Shown: positions 1 through 9,926 of the stretch, one piece after another
Position numbering within the stretch: the first letter of the stretch is position 1
Layout: every line of letters starts with the position of its first letter
Virus record (IMG/VR): IMGVR_UViG_3300001528_000425
Location: 64,001 to 128,000 of that record
Direction: 5' to 3' (one strand)
DNA: 64,000 bases
DNA from: a virus
Lineage: Duplodnaviria > Caudoviricetes
Translations under genes and position numbers: made by a program
The notes under the pieces: model-generated
Told to the model about the DNA's origin: nothing
Seen by the model: the letters and a program-made list of their open reading frames with translations, nothing else
Databases searched by the model: none

Positions 1-558
1 CTCGAGGTTATAATAACCACGAAGCAAAGTACCGATCATCGTGGCATACGATTTGATGATGAACACACAGTGTTGCGGAGAGAGCCACTGATCAGAATCA
101 TTGTAGCTCATACACAGCATTCCCTTGGCAAAAGCCGCGGCACAAGCGGGCACATCTGTGACCCACAGGCCACTATTATATGCATCACGTTTAGATAATA
201 TCGGTGTTATATTCAGCCATGCCGTCTGATATTCAACCGGAATCGACTTGGCGACATACTTGCCGTCAACGACAATGTCCGTGTTCGAAAACAGCTCAGG
301 AACACCGGCTTTATAGTCGGTGAAATTCAATACGGTGAACAAAGACAACTTGTCCTCAGCAATGATGCGAACAAAGATGTCTGTCAGCAGAGTACGGGTG
401 TGAACCTTGACGGAACGGATGGCATTCATGCCTTCGTCGTCGAGAATCAGTCCAGGCGAAGAAAGTCTTGCTTTAATTACTGAAGTCAGGGCTTCCTTCG
501 CCAGTCTATTCACATCAAGGGCACTGCCGTACCACGTAGTTCCAATGGTGGGTTTCAT
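1..558 (-). CDS. phiKZ gp28-like virion protein, partial (runs off the window start)
   Basis: ATG at 558 with GAAGG upstream; open frame MKPTIGTTWYGSALDVNRLAKEAL... to position 1; divergent from the sheath gene as gp28 is in phiKZ. Missing from the ORF track because it has no stop in the window. Confidence 0.6.
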   Translation of the reverse strand, partial: MKPTIGTTWYGSALDVNRLAKEALTSVIKARLSSPGLILDDEGMNAIRSVKVHTRTLLTDIFVRIIAEDKLSLFTVLNFTDYKAGVPELFSNTDIVVDGKYVAKSIPVEYQTAWLNITPILSKRDAYNSGLWVTDVPACAAAFAKGMLCMSYNDSDQWLSPQHCVFIIKSYATMIGTLLRGYYNLE

Positions 559-634
559 GTAGCACCTTCAAATATTGTTGGATTTTGGTTTAATCAAGAT
601 CTATAGGATTGTCCTTTAATTTAGGAGATAAAAC

Positions 635-2824
635 ATGTCAAACATTGCTCCTTATCCACACGTTGAGATCGACGTTGAGGATAGTTCGATCTATATCCCG
701 ATCAAGGAGGATTCGCTCCCCCTTCATCGGCCGATCTACTTCATGCGAACTGAACGTGGACCGATTGGGATTCCGATCTGGCGCGACACGCAAACTGAAG
801 CGAACGCGACCTTCGGTTCGGAAACTTTCAATCAGAGAAGCAAGTACTTCTCTCCGAGCGCCTACTTCCTGAAGAAGACGTTCCAGAACAATGGCGCGTT
901 TATCGTCCGTGTGGCCGATACCGATGCTAAGAATGCTCGTATCGTCATCGAGCTTGCTGTCACCGAGAAGGCGATTCAGCAATACAAGCGCGATGAGAAC
1001 GGGAAGTTCATGCTCGACTCCAAGGATCAGAAGATTCCGATCAACAAGGATGGAGAAACCATCAGCGAGCTGCAGGCGATCTACGACGCCGAAACGAAGA
1101 AGATCGAAGACGGTGAAATGACCGACGAAGACCGCACGGTCCAACTGGAACAACTCCAGCCCAAGACCATGGACGGTTACGAGCTCAAGTGGCTTGGTCG
1201 AGCTATGCCGCAGGGCGCGACCGACGATGAAGACATCGATTTCTCGATGCTGACTCCGACGAAGGTCGTCAACGACGACAGCACCACGACCACCTTCTAT
1301 CCGATGTTCACATTCGTGGCTTCGAGCGGTGGTGAATGGGGCAACAGCATGGGCTTCAAGCTCTACTACGATCCCAAGAACAACCGCAACGACACGATCA
1401 CCAGAAACGGTGCGTGCTACTACACGCTTGCTCCGATCGAGCTGCCCGCTGGTTCCACCAGTGCCTCCGCGATCCGGAACAAATACTCGAACACCGAAGT
1501 CTCCTTCGTCGTCAAACCGAACGCCACCGACTCGATCACTGGTGTGGACATCAGCGCCGAACCGGTGCTCGAAGCGGCTTACAGTGACGGTTACGAACTC
1601 CCGGTCAAGATCCAGATCTTCCCCGAGAACTTCAATGCTGTCGGCAATCTCATCCTGCAGTCCGATCCGGAAGCCCGCGAACGGCTTTACATCGACTACA
1701 ACGATGACGATGTGAACGACTGGGCGGAATCCGAACAGGGTTACATGGTCAACCTGTTTTCGAACGTCGACATCGATGGCGTTCCGTTCAAGACGATCGA
1801 CCTTGTGGAGCCTGATGGCATCGAAACTGGCGTGATCGCCATGTCTTCCTCTGCCATCCACTACATGGTGTCCGGTTCTGACGGTGACATCAGCGATGCG
1901 GCGACTGAAGAATACATGCGGCTCCTGTTGGCGGATACCACCAACGAGTACCTGATCGACAAACCGCGGTTCCCCTTCAACTGCCTGTTCGACACTGGTT
2001 TCTCCATGGATACCAAGCGTGCCATGATCGCGTTCCTTGATGTCCGTGAGGACGTCAAAGTCGTGCTCGGATCGCAGATCTCCTGGAAGACCAAACAGGG
2101 CACCATCCCGGATGTCAATAACAAGTACACCGACGAATCTGTCGGTATGGCGCTTCGCGAAGAATGTCTCAGCATGCGCGAATCGATCGCCAAAGGTACC
2201 GGCTGCTGCCGGGCTATCGTCTTCACCCAGGCTGGCAAAACTGCTGACTGGGATCGTTGGCTGCCGACCACGCTGTGGCTTGCCATCAAGAAGTCGGAAT
2301 ACCTGAACCGCGATTTCATGAACCAGGAGCCGAAAGAGCTCCCGAACAGTGACGTCGACATCTGGAAAGAGATCAGCTGGACTGCGACCAGCGAGGACAC
2401 GAAGAACCGCGTCTGGAACTACGGCCTCAACTACATGCAGTACTACAACCGTACTTCGGTGCACTACGCCTCGCTGCGTTCGGTGTACAAGTACGACACC
2501 AGCGTATTGGTCGACGACAGTTTCGTCGATGCCGTGATCTTCGTCAAGCAGCTGACCTACACCGCGTGGGCTCGGTTCGCTGGTTCCACTGACAAAACCG
2601 CCTCGCTCCAGCAGCGTATCTACGATCACCTCATGGAGATCTATCAGTACATGCTGCACGGCAAGTTCGGTGTGGATGTGGAAGTCTACCAGACCGATGA
2701 AGATGTCAAGTTGGGATTCGTCCAGCACATCGATATTCACCTCTCCAGTCCCGGTCAGAACCGTGTCTGGCGTGTCAATATCATCTGCGAACGTGACGGA
2801 TACTCGAGCGAAAGTGAGGAGTAA
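635..2824 (+). CDS. Contractile tail sheath protein (phiKZ gp29-like)
   Basis: 729 aa; RBS AGGAG; N-terminal LPLHRPIYFMRTERGP, FDTGFSMDTK and LRSVYKYDTSVL motifs of phiKZ-type sheaths; followed by the tube gene. Confidence 0.9.
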   Translation: MSNIAPYPHVEIDVEDSSIYIPIKEDSLPLHRPIYFMRTERGPIGIPIWRDTQTEANATFGSETFNQRSKYFSPSAYFLKKTFQNNGAFIVRVADTDAKNARIVIELAVTEKAIQQYKRDENGKFMLDSKDQKIPINKDGETISELQAIYDAETKKIEDGEMTDEDRTVQLEQLQPKTMDGYELKWLGRAMPQGATDDEDIDFSMLTPTKVVNDDSTTTTFYPMFTFVASSGGEWGNSMGFKLYYDPKNNRNDTITRNGACYYTLAPIELPAGSTSASAIRNKYSNTEVSFVVKPNATDSITGVDISAEPVLEAAYSDGYELPVKIQIFPENFNAVGNLILQSDPEARERLYIDYNDDDVNDWAESEQGYMVNLFSNVDIDGVPFKTIDLVEPDGIETGVIAMSSSAIHYMVSGSDGDISDAATEEYMRLLLADTTNEYLIDKPRFPFNCLFDTGFSMDTKRAMIAFLDVREDVKVVLGSQISWKTKQGTIPDVNNKYTDESVGMALREECLSMRESIAKGTGCCRAIVFTQAGKTADWDRWLPTTLWLAIKKSEYLNRDFMNQEPKELPNSDVDIWKEISWTATSEDTKNRVWNYGLNYMQYYNRTSVHYASLRSVYKYDTSVLVDDSFVDAVIFVKQLTYTAWARFAGSTDKTASLQQRIYDHLMEIYQYMLHGKFGVDVEVYQTDEDVKLGFVQHIDIHLSSPGQNRVWRVNIICERDGYSSESEE

Positions 2825-2830
2825 TAAATC

Positions 2831-3673
2831 ATGAAGCAATTCCTTAATAATGTCTCCGGGTTCGGCACTCCCGCAGGAGTTCCGGTTGCGAACCTGCTCG
2901 AGGGAAGCCAGCTCGGTATCGGTTTCCAGGCGAATGCCCTGGATGCTTCAACTCCGCTTGTGTTCCCTCCGGCGGCGATCGTGGTTCTGCAGACCCCGCA
3001 GATGTATGCCAACTTCCCTGACTTCGGCCGCATGATCAAGGTCATGATGGAATGCCACGCCAAGGAAGTTACCGGCATCGACTTCGGCTACACGCTGGAA
3101 ACCCAGTCGCAGCCTGTCGGTCATGACGGCCAGGAAATGGCAGTTCCCACGAAGGCGAAACGTTCGGCCGTTACGCCGACCTTCACCTATCCGGAACTCA
3201 CCGGTAACCTGATCTGGAACATCCATCGCAGGTGGATCTGGGATATCCAAAACCCGGATACCAACGCCTCCATGGAGTTCCTGGATGAACCGAATCCGTA
3301 CGCCCTGTCGGCTTACGCTGTATCGTTCCTTGCGATCCAGTTCGACCCGACTGCCCACCACAACCGCATCTCGGACTGCGCGTTCTACACGAACGTCTTC
3401 CCGCAGATGACGACTGAACTGGGCATCGAGCGTCGTATCGGTCAGTCCAAGATCATGGAACGTGCCATCACCTACAATGGTTACATCATCCACAACGAAC
3501 AGACTCGTGCGTTGGGTAAGACCATTGCGGAACAGATGAAGATCCGTCGGGCGAAATACCTGTACGCATCTCCGGGTGTCACCTCCATCGACGGCAAGAT
3601 CGCCGATGCTGGTCTCCAGAAGGACCTCGCTGCGATCCTTGCGCAGAATGGCGAGCGTACCTGGGGCGCCTAA
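2831..3673 (+). CDS. Tail tube protein (phiKZ gp30-like)
   Basis: 280 aa directly after the sheath; MMECHAKEVTGID, PVGHDGQ, PTKAKRS and IQFDPT motifs. Confidence 0.85.
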   Translation: MKQFLNNVSGFGTPAGVPVANLLEGSQLGIGFQANALDASTPLVFPPAAIVVLQTPQMYANFPDFGRMIKVMMECHAKEVTGIDFGYTLETQSQPVGHDGQEMAVPTKAKRSAVTPTFTYPELTGNLIWNIHRRWIWDIQNPDTNASMEFLDEPNPYALSAYAVSFLAIQFDPTAHHNRISDCAFYTNVFPQMTTELGIERRIGQSKIMERAITYNGYIIHNEQTRALGKTIAEQMKIRRAKYLYASPGVTSIDGKIADAGLQKDLAAILAQNGERTWGA

Positions 3674-3689
3674 CCCTATCCAAGAATAC

Positions 3690-3740
3690 ACCATCTACTG
3701 GGACCAACATCCCAGTAGATGGTTATTTCTTCTTCTTTTT
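3690..3740 (+). terminator. Intrinsic terminator of the sheath-tube operon
   Basis: 14-bp stem ACCATCTACTGGGA/TCCCAGTAGATGGT followed by a T-rich tract. Confidence 0.85.
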
Positions 3741-3750
3741 CTTATTTAAG

Positions 3751-3789
3751 ACAAAAAATAAAAGAGTGTAACTGATTAGCTACACTCTT
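3751..3789 (-). terminator. Intrinsic terminator with TTTATTTTTTGT tail
   Basis: AAGAGTGTA/TACACTCTT stem preceded on + by ACAAAAAATAAA. Confidence 0.7.
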
Positions 3790-3826
3790 GCTGTAAAATT
3801 ATACATGGCGTTCCACATTATATAGG

Positions 3827-4042
3827 TTAACGGAATGACACCCAAGGAGATGAAGTGTACCCGATCGCTTGTCTAGGAACCCATCCAGAGCATTCGAATC
3901 CGTAGCCAGTGACGCAGAGTTGGTCACCGGAGATCCCGGTCACCTTCCACATGCTTCTCTGGTGTTTGGACATATGACTCGGCAGCATATCAGAACGAAG
4001 TCCAACCTTGCTTCCGATTTTGATGTCTTGTTTCGTGTCCAT
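3827..4042 (-). CDS. Small early hypothetical protein (71 aa, possible SH3-like beta fold)
   Basis: Start reassigned to MDTKQDIKIGSKVGL (ATG 4042, RBS GAAAGGA); early promoter upstream; IKIGSKV...WKVTGI...GWVP pattern. Confidence 0.6.
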   Translation of the reverse strand: MDTKQDIKIGSKVGLRSDMLPSHMSKHQRSMWKVTGISGDQLCVTGYGFECSGWVPRQAIGYTSSPWVSFR

Positions 4043-4162
4043 GGTACTAAATCCTTTCATTTGTTTGTTGCTACTACACTTGGATCGTGACGTTAACTTA
4101 GATCGCTTCTGGTGCGCTAACACCAGAAGAGATCGACTTATTCAGCTAACTTCTTCACTTAA

Positions 4163-4170
4163 GTAATATA
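4163..4170 (-). promoter_or_regulatory. phiKZ-type early (vRNAP) promoter TATATTAC
   Basis: Minus strand reads TTCATGTA-TATATTAC; intergenic and oriented toward the small ORF. Confidence 0.75.
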
Positions 4171-4194
4171 TACATGAAATCAAAACGAATAGGA

Positions 4195-4232
4195 CATCTA
4201 GTGGTAGTGGGATATCCCACTACCACTAGATG
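4195..4232. terminator. Perfect 38-bp palindrome / terminator downstream of portal
   Basis: CATCTAGTGGTAGTGGGAT|ATCCCACTACCACTAGATG. Confidence 0.75.
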
Positions 4233-4244
4233 CTATTTTGTCAG

Positions 4245-6731
4245 TTAGTAACCTAACCCACCAGCATTCTCTTCATCTCCACCAGGATTGGTGAGTTTGT
4301 CGAGAGACTTCATCTTCCTATCGAAGTTCTTCAGGAAGAGGGAAGTGTGTACAGCAGTGTCTAGGATCATCTCATCCGTATCCGGGATGTTCGCCAACTG
4401 GTGATAACCGAGGTTTTCCATATAATCCTTGATCATGTCACTCTGTAACGCACCACGCAATGCAGCGAGCTGTTTGCGTTCATCGTCACTCTGTGCCATC
4501 TCATCTGGATAGCGTTTCTGAACAATCTGCTCAACCGAATCCATGAAGGAACGGAGTTCTTCGTAATGCGCTTTACTCGTGGCCACATTCGGCTTCGGAA
4601 GATTGATTTCGAACCCAGCAATAAGCCTTCTGAGTTTGGCATCAACCGAGTCGTCTTTCCTGTCGATATCAGGAGCGAGATCGCTCTCTTTCACGTCCTC
4701 TGTATCCTTGTCTTGCCCAGTCAGAATTTCACGTAATTGTTTCAACAATCCCGCGTGATTCCTTACGTAATTTTGGATAAATTTGCAATTGATCGGATGC
4801 AGCTTGTTTTGCCACAAGCGAACTCTGTTCGAAAACGTGATGTTCGTTGTAGCGACAGAACGTGAGTATTCTGATTCGGACAGTTGGTTCAATTGACTCG
4901 GAGATACGAATAGACCGAGACCAACCCAGTTGTTCAGATTGTCCATCATCGTGGAGTCCGGTTGAGGTGCAGAGCCTCCTCTGGTCTCCGTGTTGACGTT
5001 CAGGTTGTCGTTGGTACCATTGACGTTCCTGGCTTTGATATGGATATGACTGTTCAAGATGCTTTCCGAAGCTTGCTGCAAATTCGTGGTGAATTTGGGA
5101 GCATACTTCAGGATAGCTTTGCGCCGCACCATATCCAGAGTCTGGATCGCATTCTGGTTCTTCTCATCCACGTCAACGTCGATGTGGATATGCTTGGTAG
5201 AGTTTTCGATGGCTGCCATAACGTTAGCTACCACAAAGGTAGTACGCAACGCCAGGATAAATTCGATATCTTCCAGGATGGACTTGCCAGTACCGTTATC
5301 ACGATAATCGAAAGCATAGTACATCATCAATGGTTCCGGAACGAAGATCAGTTTGATCTTGGATTTCCGAAGCAGGTTGTAGAAGATACTCTTACCGATC
5401 GCACTGTGTAAACTGACATCCAGTCCATGCAATCCCATCTTGTCGAGTTTGGACTCGAGGAGATGTTTGACAGCTACGGTAAATACCGTAGAAGTAGCAT
5501 TGAACTGACTCTCTTCCGAGAGCTTCATCATCTGAACAGTTTGAATCGTCTGTGAGCCGTAGGTAGCCTTCATGGCGTTGTACGCCAGTCGTTCTACACT
5601 TGCTGCCGGAGTGAACTGGGCATTCGGATCAGCCTTCAAGGGAAATCCGTCACTACCTGCGATCAAGTAACAACCGATACGCTCATGCGTTCCTGGAATC
5701 ACAGCGGGGATGATAGCTTCCGTTGGCCACTCCACAATAGAGGGCATGTCGTCTTCTTGTAGAAACTGATCCATGATGTCAGACATCGAGAAGATGGGTT
5801 CTCTCGGCCTAACACCAGCTTGATCTTCTCTCGGATCAACGGACGAGATGGATTGTTCCGCAGCTCTCATGATCTCCGTCATACGACGTCTGGTACCAGC
5901 AGTACCTCTTCGTATTTCAGAGATATCACGACTGACGAAGATGGCATCACCACTGTCTTTCAGCAGTTTCATGGAGGATTCTGCCAACCCACTGATCAAC
6001 TTAACACGATCCTTCTCTCCAAGGGCTTCCATGCCAGGAACGACCCCTTCCAGAGACATACTGGCATCACGAAGTAAATCGGTGAATTGCCAATTCTCAG
6101 TAGCAGGATCAAAGTCTGCGAGATCGAGTTGGAAGGATTCCAGTGCCGCATTCTTGGTCGGGTCCCATGCATCCACAACCGAGTTGAGCATACGGTTGGT
6201 GGCCTGTGGTAGGACGATCACGCCGATGGCACCTTTGTCAACCAGAGCAACCCCGATCCACTCCTGAAGTTTTTCTCCGAAGTGTAGTACGTCGTTGAAG
6301 TGATCTCCTACAAGCTGACAAACAGCCTGACGTGTTTCATCGTCGATTGTTTTATCCGTGTTACCGACAGCAACCAAGTCAGTCTGCATGTCGTTCGGAG
6401 AGATGATCGAACTCACCAAGATGAGCTTGGTGAGTGGAATCTCAGGAGACAATGTCCTGAAATTCTTGAGCTTCTCCACGATCGACGCTGTATTGGACGT
6501 GGTATCAAGTAAGGTGGAGTAAAGCGAATACTGATCCTGACGTTCACCAGGATCTTGAACAGCAAATCCAGGCATATTGCTGAGTTCTGCTTTGGAATAG
6601 GAACCGAGATGTTCCGTCAACACTTCAGGAGCTGAAGTGTTGGAAATATCCATCGGATACAGGATAGAAGCCATCTTCAAGAAACGGCTCTTGCTTCGAA
6701 CAACAATATTCGATCCTTGTTCATCTGCCAT
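4245..6731 (-). CDS. Portal protein (phiKZ gp129-like)
   Basis: 828 aa; WPTEAIIPAVIPG..IGCYL and FVPEPLMMYYAFDYRDNGTGKSILED motifs; ALE/SLE/GME prohead-protease-type sites near residues 195-240. Confidence 0.85.
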   Translation of the reverse strand: MADEQGSNIVVRSKSRFLKMASILYPMDISNTSAPEVLTEHLGSYSKAELSNMPGFAVQDPGERQDQYSLYSTLLDTTSNTASIVEKLKNFRTLSPEIPLTKLILVSSIISPNDMQTDLVAVGNTDKTIDDETRQAVCQLVGDHFNDVLHFGEKLQEWIGVALVDKGAIGVIVLPQATNRMLNSVVDAWDPTKNAALESFQLDLADFDPATENWQFTDLLRDASMSLEGVVPGMEALGEKDRVKLISGLAESSMKLLKDSGDAIFVSRDISEIRRGTAGTRRRMTEIMRAAEQSISSVDPREDQAGVRPREPIFSMSDIMDQFLQEDDMPSIVEWPTEAIIPAVIPGTHERIGCYLIAGSDGFPLKADPNAQFTPAASVERLAYNAMKATYGSQTIQTVQMMKLSEESQFNATSTVFTVAVKHLLESKLDKMGLHGLDVSLHSAIGKSIFYNLLRKSKIKLIFVPEPLMMYYAFDYRDNGTGKSILEDIEFILALRTTFVVANVMAAIENSTKHIHIDVDVDEKNQNAIQTLDMVRRKAILKYAPKFTTNLQQASESILNSHIHIKARNVNGTNDNLNVNTETRGGSAPQPDSTMMDNLNNWVGLGLFVSPSQLNQLSESEYSRSVATTNITFSNRVRLWQNKLHPINCKFIQNYVRNHAGLLKQLREILTGQDKDTEDVKESDLAPDIDRKDDSVDAKLRRLIAGFEINLPKPNVATSKAHYEELRSFMDSVEQIVQKRYPDEMAQSDDERKQLAALRGALQSDMIKDYMENLGYHQLANIPDTDEMILDTAVHTSLFLKNFDRKMKSLDKLTNPGGDEENAGGLGY

Positions 6732-6780
6732 GATATGTTACCTTTAATGTGGTTAATTATCAACCAAGGAGCACCTTACG

Positions 6781-8991
6781 ATGCTACAAATGAATCTTGC
6801 GTTCAAGGAGTTAATCAACTTCTTGAATTCGACAACGATTAAGAATACCTATTTCGCTAACTACTTGTTAGCCAATCAGGTAGATTCGAGGTGTCGCTCC
6901 TTACTTCCTGAGCGGTACAATCCGTATTACAAACATATTCTCGGAGAATACATTCTTTCTGAGGATTATCACGGAGTAGGGAACGACCCAACGTTCATTT
7001 CTTCCTCTATCCAAATGAGTGACGGCTCTGTATGGTACAATAAGCACGTCTATACTCAGTTCGATGAAGTGATGATTATCACTTCGTTGGATACTGGAGA
7101 AGAAATTGCCTTTACCAAGGAAAACCTCCATGGGTCTGGCAACCATAAGAAGACCTTAGCAGCATATCGTTTACCGAGTCGTTACTATGAACTCCTCTGT
7201 GAGCGTTATCCTCTGCAGGTAGATCTTATTAAGGCTATAGTATATCCGGTTCCCTCTACTGAAATACAGATAGAGGAACTTTTGGAAGCTCCCAACTATA
7301 CGCTTCTCCAGTACGATGAATCCTTATTGAACGCCAATGAAAGAACTTCTCTGATCGCTCGTTTGCAGACGGCATTGGAAGTCATCAAGGTACGCTGGGA
7401 TGTTCCAGAATACGCATTCGAAGATGGATATCCCATTGCCTATTGGGGAGTGATTTGGAATGCCTTGTTGTTGCAGCTGCTAGCTCAGAGACAGCAGAAC
7501 ATTCGCACTCCGAAAGCTCACCCGGTACATATCTGGGAATACCTTCAGTCTAACGGACTGGAAGGTTATCGAGGCGTCTTGTCTTCTACTCAGGAGATGT
7601 GGCTGTACCGCAATCTTCGATATCTTAAGAAGAATCGCGGTAAGCATCACGTTCTCATCAAACTGATCGAGAATATCTTGAATGAAAGTGGAATTACTGC
7701 AACAACCAAAACTGCGGTTTTAAACACTGAGGATATCTTGGATCATGGCTATAAAGCCACTCCAGAGATCCTCACTGAACCACTGGACAGCGATCAGATC
7801 ATCAGTTTGCCGGCTACACAGGAATCCCTTGAAACTGTGATCTCGAAAGAACACAAAGAAGGTCTGGAACCTGTGTTCAATGAGGACGTGGTGGAAGAGC
7901 AACGAGATATCTTGACCCATATGGGATCAACTTATCTTCCCACCAAACTGATCGAATTGAGTAGGATCTTATTCAATACAAGGTACTACGACCTCTTCTG
8001 TTTGTTGGCTACTGACACCATCCTGGCTATGGTGTCTAGGTTGCAACAGAACAACGTCATCTATCGGTTCATGGTGAATACGGACGGGACTGAATTGGTT
8101 CTTGACATGGGAGAGATGGTTGCGTTATTGTACTATACGACTCTCTGTGAGATCGGAGATCCAAGAGCGATCGCAGATGATGGATCGCTGATCACGGATG
8201 TAACGATTCCGTCCAAGTCTTATCTGGACATTGTGTTCAACTTCCATAAGCCAGAGATACCGAAAACACTCACCTGGCATCCATGGCACCGCGGGCAACG
8301 TGCCGAAGACAAAGATATCGTATACACGTATCCTCTGGATCGGTTCATCGATGTGGACGACATGCTCCAAGATTACATCAATCTTGATAGAGTCGATCTT
8401 CCATCAGAAGTTGGATCATACATCCAGACTATGTTCTTGATGATGAAACGACATCAGACATATGCTTGTGGAGTTGGTGACTATCACACCAACAAAGCAG
8501 TTGATGTGGTTTACCAAGCTGTACTGCAACCTGGTTGGGTAGAGTTTGAGCTGGTTCCAGATGAGAAAACCTATACCGACTGGTTCGGTGTAAACAAGGA
8601 GCTCGGGAACTACATCAGAACACTCAAGATGCAAGAAGATTTTAAATCAGCGATTTCCAGTCTTGGAACTATGCTGATCGATCAGCTGTTGCAAGGGTGT
8701 GATCTGGCTTATGTCCGAGGGAACATCGATGATACCAAGTATCTTAAATTGAAGCAATTGGTCATCAAGCTGTGCAGCTACAACATTGCCTTCATGGATA
8801 CACAGTCTCAAACAAATACCTCCAGAACATCCGTTCCTATTGTCATGGGGACTCACAGTCGTGAAACCGAAGTCACCAGATATTTCTTCATGAATCGTCC
8901 TAATCAGAGGACTGTCAGGAAGGATACTGAAGTGACACGTAAACAAACGATGTCGCTGGTTGTCAATCGTGTTGTGGAAGAAACCAACTAA
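6781..8991 (+). CDS. Virion structural protein (phiKZ gp128-like, baseplate/tail)
   Basis: 736 aa; ITSLDTGEEIAFTKENL, RYYELLCERYP, HIWEYLQSNG and WLYRNLRYL motifs; divergent from portal as in phiKZ. Confidence 0.8.
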   Translation: MLQMNLAFKELINFLNSTTIKNTYFANYLLANQVDSRCRSLLPERYNPYYKHILGEYILSEDYHGVGNDPTFISSSIQMSDGSVWYNKHVYTQFDEVMIITSLDTGEEIAFTKENLHGSGNHKKTLAAYRLPSRYYELLCERYPLQVDLIKAIVYPVPSTEIQIEELLEAPNYTLLQYDESLLNANERTSLIARLQTALEVIKVRWDVPEYAFEDGYPIAYWGVIWNALLLQLLAQRQQNIRTPKAHPVHIWEYLQSNGLEGYRGVLSSTQEMWLYRNLRYLKKNRGKHHVLIKLIENILNESGITATTKTAVLNTEDILDHGYKATPEILTEPLDSDQIISLPATQESLETVISKEHKEGLEPVFNEDVVEEQRDILTHMGSTYLPTKLIELSRILFNTRYYDLFCLLATDTILAMVSRLQQNNVIYRFMVNTDGTELVLDMGEMVALLYYTTLCEIGDPRAIADDGSLITDVTIPSKSYLDIVFNFHKPEIPKTLTWHPWHRGQRAEDKDIVYTYPLDRFIDVDDMLQDYINLDRVDLPSEVGSYIQTMFLMMKRHQTYACGVGDYHTNKAVDVVYQAVLQPGWVEFELVPDEKTYTDWFGVNKELGNYIRTLKMQEDFKSAISSLGTMLIDQLLQGCDLAYVRGNIDDTKYLKLKQLVIKLCSYNIAFMDTQSQTNTSRTSVPIVMGTHSRETEVTRYFFMNRPNQRTVRKDTEVTRKQTMSLVVNRVVEETN

Positions 8992-9009
8992 CTTTCAAAA
9001 GGAGAATAT

Positions 9010-9849
9010 ATGGCTAACGGATCTATCCTTCGTACGTCGAATACAGTGATCACTGGTTTCGGGGTATTGAATCAGTTCCATGGTGCGCTGGACGCTACCT
9101 ATGTGGTGCGTCTGGATACTACCATCAACTTCAAACGGAAATGCTTTCCGGATCTTCGTCCTACGAAGATTCCAGTTGTCCGGTATTTCGGGATCGGGAT
9201 CAACGGTTTCGTCAACACCGACGATGCCAACATGAGTGAACCGTATCTGCCTTCACCGCAGAACCTCGACCTTTACGAGCCGATTCCGTTCAGATGCATT
9301 CCGGTGGACGAAGATGAAGCATTCGCTGCGGAACGCGAAGCCAAAGGTTACCGCATGCGCGTCAAAGAAACCATCAATGGCCAGCAATACTGGTGTTACT
9401 ATCTGAAGAAGATCGAATGGGTCGATACTTCTCCGAAGTTCACCATGGTGGATGGCGATGACCACGAGATTCCGTATGAGATCGATTCAACTGCGAATCT
9501 CTCTCCGACTCCCTCTCGTCCCACTGACACCAGCATCATCAATGCTTCCACCAATCGAATCATTGTGTCGATGAACGGTATTATGACGATTCTCGGTTCG
9601 GAGGTTTCGGAAGTGGTCAATCTCAAATACGGCAACGCTCGCAGAGCTATGATCTCCGAAATCGGCACTTACACTGGTGAAGAGCGTCAGATCCGTCCGG
9701 AACAAGAAGGCGGTGATATCGAGTACATGGAAGCTGTCTATGTACAGTTGGCTTCTCACCGGTGCTGGAGAGGACAGGATATGAGTGATCCTTCCTACAA
9801 GCACGTAGAACGTCAGGTGTTCGAAAATGGCAGCTGCATTCTCGTTTAA
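9010..9849 (+). CDS. Virion structural protein (phiKZ gp127-like)
   Basis: 279 aa; RYFGIGING, LYEPIPF, YRMRVKETING..YYLKKI and AMISEIG motifs. Confidence 0.8.
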   Translation: MANGSILRTSNTVITGFGVLNQFHGALDATYVVRLDTTINFKRKCFPDLRPTKIPVVRYFGIGINGFVNTDDANMSEPYLPSPQNLDLYEPIPFRCIPVDEDEAFAAEREAKGYRMRVKETINGQQYWCYYLKKIEWVDTSPKFTMVDGDDHEIPYEIDSTANLSPTPSRPTDTSIINASTNRIIVSMNGIMTILGSEVSEVVNLKYGNARRAMISEIGTYTGEERQIRPEQEGGDIEYMEAVYVQLASHRCWRGQDMSDPSYKHVERQVFENGSCILV

Positions 9850-9871
9850 CGATTAAAAACAAAAAGAGTAC

Positions 9872-9905
9872 GATCATGCCCCGGCCCTAGGGCCGGGGCA
9901 TGATC
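9872..9905. terminator. Perfect 34-bp palindrome, bidirectional terminator between convergent genes
   Basis: GATCATGCCCCGGCCCT|AGGGCCGGGGCATGATC with an A-rich left flank. Confidence 0.8.
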
Positions 9906-9926
9906 TATTTGATAGTGTTATTTGAG

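Noticed and set aside
638-2839. 733-aa antisense ORF opposite the sheath (similar ones at 2948-3694, 10503-11600, 25014-25979, 47879-49513, 49948-51408, 52524-53486, 53465-54334)
   Set aside because: Shadow frames produced by codon bias in the real genes (few TTA/CTA/TCA codons); no RBS or recognisable motifs
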